A stretch of 31,087 nt of DNA, from contig NW_021832330.1 in the NCBI RefSeq assembly GCF_006345805.1, forward strand, positions 1 through 31,087, in the 5' to 3' direction. Numbering within the stretch: the stretch's first letter is position 1; each line of letters begins with the position of its first letter. This DNA is from Octopus sinensis (Eukaryota). The translations under genes were made by a program, and so were the position numbers. The notes beneath the pieces are model-generated. The model worked only from the letters and a program-made list of their open reading frames with translations. It was not told where the DNA came from and made no database searches. Positions 11,927 to 22,052 of this stretch are shown here, piece by piece.

Positions 11927-12784
11927 CGTTGCATTGGCGTCGTAATGTTTGAATGGTGATGAAAAAATAGCATTGTTTCTTTAACACTATAAATTTAACG
12001 AATATGTATTGATTATCGGTTATAGATAATCATTTATAGATTGAAATTATCAATAATATGCGTATTTTTGTGAGAGGAATTTACTCACTGAATATAATTA
12101 ATTTTATGAAATTAATTTCTGATCTTTGCGAAACGAAATTATCTCCCCCTTTCTTTCGCAGTTACTGTTGGGTTTTTGTTTCCTTTCTCCACCAGAGGGA
12201 ACGTCAAATTAATGGAAATTTATTTGCATATGTCATTCAGTACACCACCCTTTTAATTTATTAATACAATTAACGATCACTTTAGCTATTGATTATTTTT
12301 GTAAATACTATTACTTTTTAATAATCTTATTGACTGTCAATAAAATTATTAAAAATATCACACTCTACGTTTGTTTTGACTCTCCTTTATTCAGTTAATA
12401 TTCATTATTTTTATGCATATATAAAAAAACATTTTAAAAATATAAATGCAATTATCAGTAATTCTATTAATAAATTGTTTTTCTGTGTAAATATAATTAA
12501 CGATCCTCTCAATGAAATATCAATGATCATTTAGACATTTAAAAATTATCGATAATATTTATATTATTTTCATTGTTTATAGTAAGCAACAAAATGAAAT
12601 TTGTATACCTTACAGTTATTGCTGACTTAGACATCTATATAAGATTATCAATGAATTTAATATTTATCTAAATAGAATTAACCATCATTATTTCGACTAC
12701 ATGTGAATACAATATAAAATTATTATTCCTTATTATTGCATATTCATCAGAATAAAATATGTATGTAGTTAATTCTTTCTATTG

Positions 12785-12960
12785 GAAGCACAGGACCTGA
12801 ATTTTTTAGGGAGGATGAAGCCGATTACATCGACCCCAGTTCATCCGAAAGGATGAGCGTCAAAATCGACCTCGGCTGAATTTGACTCCAGAACGTAAAG
12901 CCGGGGGAAATACCGCCAAGTATTTTCTCTGATGTGATAACGATTCTGATAGCATGCTGT
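12785..12960 (-). mobile_element. SINE family B (internally deleted)
   Basis: GATTACATCGACCCCAG, CCGAAAGGATGA and CAGAACGTAAAG are reverse complements of family B segments at 13872-14091. Confidence 0.75.
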
Positions 12961-12978
12961 TTTTATTTATTTCTGTTA

Positions 12979-13182
12979 TAGGCACAAAGCCGGAAGTTTT
13001 ATGGGGAAATGCTACTTAATTACATCGACCTCAGTGTTCTATTGATACTTATTTTATGGACCCCCAAAAGAAAAAAAGGCAAACTTGACCACAGCTACAT
13101 TTGACACCAGAACGTAAAACCCGGAAAATATGCGGCAAAAAATTTTATCCGACATTCTAAAAATTCTACCAGCTCACCACTT
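12979..13182 (-). mobile_element. SINE family B
   Basis: Reverse complement aligns from the head (TGGTGAGCTGGTAGAAT) to the tail (GCTTTGTGCC). Confidence 0.75.
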
Positions 13183-13452
13183 TAAAGCATGTAATCAATG
13201 ATTTTCGAAAGTATGTAAATTATGATGTTTTAAAAAATTAATGATGTTAAAAATATCAAATGGATGATTGAAACAGTTGGTGCGTCTTACTCGCAATATG
13301 ATTTCATCATTTTGCAATAATTGATTTGTTTCACCGTACCAGATCTAATCCACTTATCGGCGCCAAAACTCTGAGCATAAATGAACCAGAAAACATAATC
13401 TTCGGAGACACGTCGACGCTTATTATTGTTTTTAATATAGATACAAGGTCTA

Positions 13453-13647
13453 AGGCGACGAGCTGACAGAATCGTTAGAACACCAAGGAAAGTGCTTAAC
13501 GGAATGTCGTCCGTTCTGAGTTCCAGTTCCAGCCTGTCGTGCTTTCGGGGTCGATGAAATAAGTACTGGTTGAGCACTGTGGTCGGCGTAATACATTTAC
13601 TCCATCCCCCGAGATTGCTGGCCTTGTGCCAAAGTTTGAAACCAATA
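13453..13647 (+). mobile_element. SINE family B
   Basis: GGCGACGAGCTGACAGAATCGTTAG head; TTTCGGGGTCGATGAAATAAGTAC centre; TTGCTGGCCTTGTGCCAAAGTTTGAAACCAATA tail shared with 13872-14091. Confidence 0.85.
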
Positions 13648-13677
13648 TAAACAAGAGGTCTTCCAGAAATATTTGCA

Positions 13678-13832
13678 AAGGAGTTAGTTGATTACATCGA
13701 CCCCAGTATATGATTGGCACTTAATTCTATCGGCCCTGGAGGGATGAAAGGCAAAGTTGTCTTCGGCAAGATTTGAACCCAGAGCACAGATAGTCAAAAC
13801 AAGCATAGCGTGTCATTTTATCCCACAATCGT
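13678..13832 (-). mobile_element. SINE family B, partial
   Basis: GATTACATCGACCCCAGT and GGATGAAAGGCAAAGTTG...GATTTGAACCCAGA are reverse complements of the family B body. Confidence 0.8.
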
Positions 13833-13871
13833 TACAGTGATTTAAACATGTAAAAATATTATGAGTCATAG

Positions 13872-14091
13872 GAAGGTGGTGCGCTGGCAGAATGGTTAGC
13901 ACGACAGGCAAAATGCTTAGCGGTATTTCGTCCGTCTTTTCGTTCTGAGTTCAAATTCCACTCAAGGTCAACTTTGCCTTTCATCCTTTCGAGGTCGATA
14001 AAATAAGCACCAGTTGAGCACTGAGGTCAATATAACCGACTTGACCCCATGACTCGAAATTGCTGGCCTTGAGCCAAAATTTGAAACCAAT
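13872..14091 (+). mobile_element. SINE family B, full length, with target-site duplication
   Basis: A box TGGCAGAATGG 13885-13895 and B box GTTCAAATT 13949-13957. AATATTATGAGT occurs on both sides (13855-13866 and 14089-14100). Confidence 0.9.
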
Positions 14092-14208
14092 ATTATGAGT
14101 ACATAAGTTAGTCAGATGTTATTGCCGAGACAGAATTAAGTCACAAAGGAATTTAATGCAATGAAAAATGGGAAAGGTAAGGTATCATGTTTTCGTTTAA
14201 CCCTTCAG

Positions 14209-14283
14209 ATTGAGGAGTAAACCTTTCCTCCCATCTCTGCCAGAATGTGAAGATGTCTTTGAGGAGAATGATCTCAACAATAG
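14209..14283 (+). CDS. Candidate internal coding exon (75 nt, symmetric phase 2-2) of an unidentified multi-exon gene; peptide LRSKPFLPSLPECEDVFEENDLNN
   Basis: Acceptor GTTTTCGTTTAACCCTTCAG|, donor AG|GTAAGA, length divisible by 3. Only one of three frames is open, and that frame stops (TAA) just inside the downstream intron. Sequence is non-repetitive. No homolog recognised. Confidence 0.5.
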
Positions 14284-14414
14284 GTAAGAAGAAGGAAAGA
14301 AGCGCAGTCATTGCTAAAATTGACAGCCAAATCATCCTCAGAACGTACATACCCAGGTGACTTAAAAGATTACTTGAAATAATGTATTCTAAGTTACAAC
14401 GCGAATGTACAATA

Positions 14415-14490
14415 TAAAGACAGGGTGGTCACTACTGTATGTCTTTAATCATAGCTACTCGACTACAGTTAACTTGAATCTATGCAAAAA
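14415..14490 (+). mobile_element. SINE family C 3' tail fragment
   Basis: GGTGGTCACTACTGTATGTCTTTAATCATAG resembles GATGGTCACGGCCGGGATATATTTAATCATCAG at 30244-30276. Confidence 0.5.
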
Positions 14491-14494
14491 TAAA

Positions 14495-15270
14495 ACAAGT
14501 GGCATCTACAAAGTTACTTGGGCTGTTAGAAACATTGGATTGTCCGGAAAGTTCGTGCCGATTTTTAAAGGAAAGAAAAGGATCAATAAATACTTAACAT
14601 TACATTTTTAATCAACCAAATATGAACTATTTTGTTGCATAATGCGTCTCCATCTTTCCTTTAACTTGAAAATACCCTCTTCCCAGAATTGGGGTGGTTT
14701 CATGACAAAGAATTCATCAAGGTATCTTTTTACATCATCCAAGGAATTGAAATTTTTACCTTTAAGACTATTCTGCAGAAACCTGAGTAAGTGGAAATCC
14801 GAAGGAGCAATATCTGGTGAATATGAAGGGTGGGGTAACACATTCCAGCCGAGCTGCAACAATTTTTGCCTGGTTCCCAAAGCATCAAGTGCCGAAAATG
14901 AACTTTCTTATCTTCCATTTTAAAGGGTTACAGAATTAACACAGGTTATAGGAACATAAACCTTCTTCCACGAAAAGATAGCTTAAACTGTGCTCTAAAT
15001 GGAGGTGTAGTCAAATCCTATTTTATGGACTCAACCATGTTCTAAAATAAGTCGAAATGGAAGCTACTATAAATCGGCACGAACTTTCCGAACAACCAAA
15101 TAGTTGCTAAATTACCCTCAAATCACATCCTACCATCATAAACTTAAACAAAAGTCGTAGATATACTATACCCGAATAGATTAAAAAGAGTGGGTCGTTA
15201 GCAGCTAGGGCTCAACTTCTTGTATCAATGATCGACGGGTATGACATGGTCCTAAAAAAGAACAACAACG
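14495..15270 (+). mobile_element. Old SINE family C fragment split by the mariner (pieces ~14495-14534 and 15101-15270)
   Basis: Removing 14535-15100 rejoins CTGTTAGAAA-TA-GTTGCTAAATTACCCTCAAATCACATCC, which continues to an AACAACAAC end. Consensus recognised from memory. Confidence 0.5.
14535..15100 (-). mobile_element. Internally deleted mariner transposon (mellifera-subfamily-like), 566 bp
   Basis: 30-bp TIRs at 14535-14564 and 15071-15100 (27/30 identical), flanked by CA and TA. The minus strand encodes the N-terminus MEDKKVHFRHLML (ATG 14918) joined directly to the C-terminus TRQKLLQLGWNVLPHPSYSPDIAPSDFHL...WRRIMQQNSSYLVD*, which carries the YSPD(L/I)APSD motif. Confidence 0.93.
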
Positions 15271-15621
15271 TAGTCGTGCAGCCTAATGAAATAAAGTCAA
15301 ATAATCCTTGTCTCATTTTGTTCTCATAAAAACGAAAATTCTCTCATGATTTTTCTTCCTCCCTATGTTTGAGTCTTTATAAAAAAAGATAGCGATAGAA
15401 TAGGTCCCAGACTTACCCTCTTAATATACACGTTTCTGCTTCTTTTTTTTCAATTTCCAAGCAAAAATAACATTTTTTAATTATTTATTTTGAATCGGTA
15501 TATAAGGAAGAATAAGTACACAGATTATTTTGGATCAGTTATGATTTATGAAGTTATTGATAGAAATGATAGTTATTAATTGTTAATGACAGAAAACAGG
15601 AATAATAACATGAACGAAGTA

Positions 15622-15856
15622 CAGTGATCCCTCGCCATATCGCGGTTCACCTATCGCACACTCAGTACATCCCGGTTCACCTATCGCGCACTCAGTATAT
15701 TGCGGATTTTCCTGGCTAGTATATGTAAATTTATATCGCGGACTTTTCAGTATATCGCGTTTCTGCGGCCGATAGGTATTTATATTTCTTTTAGATTATA
15801 ATTATTTTTGTGAGAGGTTTTGGAATGTAACCCCCATGATAGTCGACGGAGTACTG
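15622..15856. mobile_element. Tigger/pogo-like MITE, 235 bp
   Basis: TA-CAGTGATCCCTCGCCATATCGCGG ... CCCCATGATAGTCGACGGAGTACTG-TA: imperfect CAGT-terminal TIRs with TA on both sides (15620-15621, 15857-15858). Confidence 0.7.
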
Positions 15857-16007
15857 TATTTCGGGTTAGAAATAAGTGACAGATACCCAGAGTACAGTGA
15901 ACGTATATTTTCGTTCAAATACACATTTACTAGACATTCCTGAACGAAAATATACGGGTTGATATATTAAGAGTTTAAAATAAATACTGAGAACAATTTG
16001 ATAGGCT

Positions 16008-16070
16008 AAGAAACCCCTTCAAGGCGGTCTAGTATAGCCGCAGTCTTGTGACTGAATCAAGTAAAAGAGT
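16008..16070 (+). mobile_element. SINE 3' tail fragment (family A-type tail)
   Basis: AAGGCGGTCTAGTATAGCCGCAGTC...GACTGAATCAAGTAAAAGAG matches the family A tail. Confidence 0.65.
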
Positions 16071-16525
16071 GAAATAATCTGATTCGAATTAATGATCGAA
16101 CTATTTACTCTTCGATTACTAAACCGGCTCTGTATCACCTTAGGCATTCGTAAGCTCTATAATTAGTATCTCAAACATCACCTTAAAAATTTATCAAATA
16201 TCTATTGAAGACGCTATTTATATCACGATTAATAATCTATAAAAATGACTCTGATAACATATTCAGAAATATTATGCCGAATTATTATTATTATTATCGA
16301 TTATTTCATTATTACGGCAATGATCAATTTCCTAAACGATCATTAATTAATTCTATTTAGATATGTAAATTACCGACCAAATAATTATCTCTAATTAAAA
16401 TAAAAGTCAAGGAGATGGAGTGCGGAAATTGTAGGACGAAACAATTTACTGTACGTAGTTAAGTCACTTAACATCAAATCGTTTCATGTTCAATTCTTGT
16501 CAGACACAATTTTAACTTTCAATCC

Positions 16526-16677
16526 TAAGTTACGGGGGCATAAATACACCAGCATCAGTTGTCAAGCGATGATGATAGGGACAAACAGAGACTCACAAAT
16601 ACATACACAGATATATGTATATGACGAGTTTCTTTCAGTTTCTGTATACCAAATCCACTCACAAGACACTTGCCCAA
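16526..16677 (-). mobile_element. SINE family A, internal fragment with a 30-bp deletion
   Basis: Reverse complement aligns to 17610-17860, lacking the 30 nt between the two AAG trimers. Confidence 0.85.
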
Positions 16678-16990
16678 AATGGGACAAGAACGCAAAACAT
16701 CCAGACAGTTATGTGAAACAAAAAAGGGACATCAGATAGACAATACAAAGAAAACAAGGACGGGTCATTCAGAGTTTTCTTTCCTCAGTCGAGTTCCAGA
16801 TTATCGTTGTAATTTCGGCTGGTTATACTCGAGATTGCTCCAATCTGGCCAGCTCCAAGGAAGTACTAAGCTAAGAGCATTAGATTCCTTGGAAGAAAGC
16901 AGCAAATGTACACGAAAACAAGGACGGAAAAAAACGGAGAAATGGTAGACAAATACAATTTCAAATAACAGGACATAACAACACAACAAC
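16675..16990. repeat. Unclassified interspersed repeat family D, copy 1
   Basis: CAAAATGGGACAAG...GAGTTTTCTTTCCTCAGTCGAGTTCCAGATTATC...CATTAGATTCCTTGGAAGAAAGCAGC recurs at 25721 and, in part, at 26466. Confidence 0.9.
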
Positions 16991-16995
16991 TAAAT

Positions 16996-17394
16996 GGTAA
17001 TTATTGACACAATTAACATAGAGGAGACATAGATGTGATATCAACCATTAATGAGATGAGCTCAAACTCAGTAACAGGCCTTGATGGATTCCCTGCAATT
17101 CTCCTAAAGAAACGCCAAAGGGCTCTAGCGAAACCACTTCACATCCTTGCCAAAACATCTGAGAGATCTACACGGAGTTGGAGTAGATGTTTTCAAGAAA
17201 CAGCTTACCCTCTTGCTGTCCAAGATCCCAGATTAACCAATATCAAGGCAGGAAACTCAAAAGAGGGCAGCGGTATCGAACTCTCACCTTCACCAAAAGC
17301 CAATCCCATAGAATTGGCCAATTAAAAGACGATTATACTGGAGGTGCCTCAGCACGGCCGCAGCCTCAAGGATGTAATATATAAAAGAATAAGA

Positions 17395-17397
<3 letters not shown>
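16996..17397 (+). mobile_element. Internally deleted APE-type LINE (CR1/L2-group-like): pre-RT segment fused to the C-terminus and 3' UTR
   Basis: ISTINEMSSNSVTGLDGFPAILLKKRQRALAKPLHIL (the S/A-x-GPDG pre-RT motif) joins in another frame to LPKHLRDLHGVGVDVFKKQLTLLLSKIPD*PISRQETQKRAAVSNSHLHQKPIP* (TAG 17309-17311). Then tail GGAGGTGCCTCAGCACGGCCGCAG and AAAAGAATAAGAG. Confidence 0.8.
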
Positions 17398-17437
<40 letters not shown>

Positions 17438-17559
17438 CATACATACTACATACATACATACATACATACATATATACATACATAACATGCATACATACAT
17501 GCATGCATATATATATATATATATGCATACATTTATATATATATATATATATATATATT

Positions 17560-17698
17560 ATACTTGCGAACTACAATGCTTCCGGGTTCAGTCCCACTGC
17601 GTGGCACCTTGGACAAGTGTCTTCTACTATAGCCTCGGGCCGACCAAAGCCTTGTGAGTGGATTTGGTAGACAGAAACTGAAAGAAGCTCGTCGATTC

Positions 17699-17738
<40 letters not shown>

Positions 17739-18005
17739 CGTGTGTGTGTGTGGTGTGTGTGTGTTGTGTGTGTGTGTGTGTGTGTGTGTTTATGTGTCTG
17801 TGTTTGTCCCCCCAACATCGCTTGACAACCGATGCTGGTGTGTTTATGTCTCCGTAACTTAGCGGTTCGGCAAAAGACACCGATAGAATAAGTACTAGAC
17901 TTACAAAGAATATGTCCTGGGGTCGATGTGCTCGACTAAAGGTGGTGCTCCAGCATGGCTACAGTCAAATGACTAAAAGAATTAAAAGAGTAAAAGAATA
18001 AAAGA
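17560..18005 (+). mobile_element. SINE family A, 5'-truncated, expanded internal (TA)n(TG)n
   Basis: Aligns with 4190-4559 from the B box to the AAAAGAGT tail. Confidence 0.92.
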
Positions 18006-18007
18006 GT

Positions 18008-18028
18008 ACACACACACACACATATATA

Positions 18029-18106
<78 letters not shown>
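18008..18106. repeat. (CA)n(TA)n microsatellite
   Basis: Directly visible. Confidence 0.95.
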
Positions 18107-18109
<3 letters not shown>

Positions 18110-19229
18110 GAGAGAGAGAAGGGGACAGGCGTTACTTATTAGATAAGTAGATAAATGAACTACGCTTTTATCCGTTTTCATGTAACTGTGATTTGGATAT
18201 TTAAACACAATCGGTTCCCTGTGTTTCTCTCCTCAGAGAACTCAATTGTTACGACCACCAGCTCCACCAACTTCAGCATTCTTTAAACAGCTCCTTATTA
18301 TATGCTTTCGCCCACCTTCCCGCCCGCTCTGCAGTGACACACCATTCATTCCCAAACACCATGCATGCATCTGGTTAATTGGTCAAGCGAATAATTAATT
18401 AATTAAACACTTTAGTTTTATTGTAGCCATTCAGCTAAACAAAATCTTTAATATAAATATTCGATGTATTGTTCTGCATATTCAGTCATTTATCTGACAA
18501 AAATTTCAACTAACTTCCATTACAATCTCAACACGCCGTTCTTCCCTCCTTCCTTTCTTCCTCCGCCGCCCTTGCTCGTGTGCTGGTTACATCTAAGGTT
18601 TAATTTACATCACATCACGTCAAGTCGTAATCGTCAGATATGATATAACTCCCAGGGAACGAACATAATTTCAGTCACATCGAAGCCTGTTTGGTAAAGA
18701 GATTCCATGTGTTGTGTAATTCAGCAGAAGTTTATATTATCTAGATAATATATCTATCACACGGTGAAAATAATGTTCTGTAAGTTACAGGGATAGATTT
18801 GTGCTTACGATAATGGAAAATGTGGATTCGTGCCTATGTTGTTTTGCTGCCACCAAGAATTGTTACAGAAATATATTGATGGAATCACGCAACCATTTTA
18901 TACATGTCTTGTACTATTTCGTTGCATGTTTCTTTATTCATGTGTGTAAATATATCGGTAGACATATTGGTCTGTATGTCGGAAAGACATAGATGCTGTG
19001 TTTGTGTGTTATATGTTCGTAGATTTGCGTATATAAATGTATTTCTTTATTGGCGTGTGTATATAACACAATATTTGTCTGAATTGTGTGTATATGTGGA
19101 TGTGTATGTGTGTGTATATTCATTCATTCGTTGATACGTATGAGTGCATTTATGTATGTATTTGTTTTGTAACTGTGGTCGATCATGGACATTCGGGTCC
19201 ACTTGTTCATGTAAGTTTGTATTTATGTG

Positions 19230-19800
19230 CATATATAAATATATACAAACTTCATACATATACACCACACACACACACCACACACACACACACACACTAT
19301 ATATATATAATTACATAAGTATGTTATTATATGTGTGTATGTGTGAGTGTGTGTGTGCGCGCGTGTGTGCGTGTATATATATATAATGCATACCTTATGT
19401 ACATGGATATGTGTATGTATATATATATATATATATATATAGACATATATGTATACATATGTATGTGTATATATATATATATATCTGTGTGTGTGTGTGT
19501 GTGTGTATACACATATATATGTATGTATACAAACGTGCAGAACTTCATGCACACATTTCGGTTATATATATGCATACATATATATGTGTGTGTGTATGTA
19601 TGCATGTATGTATATATGTACGTTGGCAAAGAGATTTTACTAGGCATACACATATATATATAAGCATTGAGGTATATATGTATTCAGGGTGTATGTGGTG
19701 TCGTGTGTCGTGTATGGTGGTGGTGGTGGTGTGTGTGTATGTGCATGTGTGTGTGTGTTTGTAATTTTCGATCGTATTTGTACGTGTGTGTATGCGTGGA
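19230..19800. repeat. Mixed (CA)n/(TG)n/(TA)n microsatellite field
   Basis: Directly visible. Confidence 0.9.
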
Positions 19801-20050
19801 TATGTTTAATTGGGTGCACTTTTTTTTGTCGTTATTTCGCGATTCCATAACCATGTAAATTATACTTACATAATAATAGATGTTTGTAGATATAGAACAC
19901 GTTATTTTGTTGATGTGGATTGTTACACAACGTACCTATATTTTGGTTGTGATAAGATCAATCTCGGAATTTCACCGTTTCGAATGTCTTCCTGTTTTGA
20001 TTCTAGTTTTAATACGTAAAATAATGTTACAATCTGCTCAAAAATCTCAC

Positions 20051-20141
20051 ATTGCAACCACGTGGTTTTGGTTTCAGTCCAGCCGTGTAGTACCTTGGAC
20101 AAGTGTCTCCTACTATAGCGTCGGGCCGACCAATGCCCTGT
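20051..20141 (+). mobile_element. SINE family A, B-box/CORE fragment followed by (CAT)n
   Basis: ACCTTGGACAAGTGTCTCCTACTATAGCGTCGGGCCGACCAA aligns to 17607-17647. Confidence 0.8.
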
Positions 20142-20659
20142 ACGAACATCATCGTCTTCATCATCATCATCATCATCATCATCATTTCCTTTATTAGTCA
20201 TAATAACTGTCTATATATTTTTTCTTAAATCTTAAAGTTTGTGATATTTAAGGAAATTAATTGCAATTCGCTGAGTAATGAAATCGTACAAAATATCAAG
20301 ATAAAAGCGCAATTGGCGTTGGTAGCATATTCCGTAATCTAACTTAAGTCTACCTAAAGTCAATACGCTATATAACACTTAATCACTATAAACAAACAAC
20401 AAATAAATCGATGTTAGATAAATAAATAAATAGCCGTATTTATTTAGTCTTCTTGCGAAAATGAACCCATTAGGGCCCTTTACATAGATTGGGATGAGAC
20501 TCAAACTAAACACATCACGTTTCGCTCATTCGTCCCTTCTAAATTGCCTATGGTAATACCTTAAAGCTATTTATTACAGTTACAAACAAAATTAGATCAG
20601 TCACAACATATTTGCTGATGCTAGGAGGCTGAAGAGCCTGTGCTAATTAATAAACTACC

Positions 20660-20751
20660 GCTATATATATGTATATATATGTATATACATACATATCATA
20701 TATATATACGTATGTATGTACATATACATATATAAATATATATATATATAT

Positions 20752-20804
<53 letters not shown>

Positions 20805-21200
20805 ATATATAATATATATATATATATGTATGTCCATATACATATATAAATATATAGTATATATATATATATATATAAATGTATGTAAGTATATAGCTGT
20901 GTATGTATATAAACGAAGCGATAACCGAATTAGTTTGTTTCGTATTGTTGAAATTAGGTGCCCGAGGGTCGTTGTCATTCACTTTAGCCAACAAATATCT
21001 GTATCTATAGCCATCTATCCTGCCTCTCTATCTCTCTTTCTCTTTCTCTATCTCTATCTCTTTCTCTCTCCCTCTCTCTCCCTCCATCTCTCTCCTTCTC
21101 TCTATATCTATATATCTCTCTATCTGTCTATCTACCTTTCTATCTATCTGTTTACCTATTTGCCTGTCTATCTCTCTGTATATATGTACGTGCGCCGCCT
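20660..21200. repeat. (TA)n and (TCTA/TC)n microsatellites
   Basis: Directly visible. Confidence 0.9.
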
Positions 21201-21807
21201 ATGTATGTTTATACGTATGAATGTATGTATATGTGTGTTTGTTTGTTTGTTTGCGCGCGTGTGTGTATGTGTGTGTTGGTGAACTCAACTGTAGGAATAT
21301 AATCTGAGATCTGGGAATACGCCGGCAAAAATATATGTGTTTTGCGAATTAATTTAAATGGAATGCCGGAGACACCACCTAAGAGTTAATGTATCGAGAA
21401 GATAGCTGAGAATAGCATCGAAAAAAGAAAGCATGACACCGTGTGAAAGGACATATGTATCAATCCTGTTTTTAAGCAGTGACCATATTATTTAGTGATA
21501 GTAAAAGGAAGCAATAAAAATTTCGAGATATCGTAATAGCACGAACTTTAAGGGACGTACACTGCACAGAGTTGTGTCATTCCAAGTAGAAAGGAAGGAA
21601 AATATGTGGAGCATTCACCAATGGCAAATGCAAAAATGCAATGCAGTTTTCAAATCGTAAATTAGGTTAAAAGTGTTCGCTTGTATTACTGAATGATAGG
21701 ATGATATGAGTCAACCTATTATTTTTTGGCTATTGTTTCTTGCAGGTTGAGTGACCACATATAAGCGCCCTTGTTATTAGACGCTTTTATTGTTTTATTT
21801 TCGTGTA

Positions 21808-21885
21808 CGTCGCGTGTCCTGTTGGTTAGTGAGTTCGGCTCAAGGTCAAAATGTCTTGGGTTCAATTTCCGGGTTGGACAGTGCG
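21808..21885 (+). mobile_element. Old tRNA-derived SINE head
   Basis: Degenerate A box TGTCCTGTTGGTTAG and B box GGGTTCAATTTCC at tRNA-like spacing. Confidence 0.45.
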
Positions 21886-21997
21886 TAGCTCCCTTCTGCA
21901 AATAATTCATTTCAAATTACTCGAATCCAGTTAGGGGCTAGTTCAAATATCGTGGTTCTTCTTACTACAATAGTGACGTTAGATCTTTTATTGTCAG

Positions 21998-22052
21998 GTC
22001 CACGTAGTAAAGGAAGCAAGATGCTGGTGTCATTTAGTCAGTATTCTGTAAG
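21998..22052 (+). other. Weak candidate internal exon (55 nt); open frame PRSKGSKMLVSFSQYSV
   Basis: Acceptor TCTTTTATTGTCAG| and donor AG|GTAGGT; one of three frames open. Its phase (1 in, 2 out) cannot join the 14209-14283 exon directly. Confidence 0.25.

Noticed and set aside
12688-12750. Minus-strand CTGATGA...CGAAA pair
   Set aside because: No 10.1-11.1 pair, no stem III or UH site; AT-rich chance match.
14153-14350. Minus-strand ORF resembling a transmembrane peptide (MYVLRMIWLSILAMTALLSFFLP...)
   Set aside because: It is antisense to the better-supported + strand exon; its hydrophobicity comes from complementing a purine-rich tract.
19965-19995. Minus-strand CAGGAAGACATTCGAAACGG resembling a decayed hammerhead
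   Set aside because: CUGA is absent and stems cannot be assigned.
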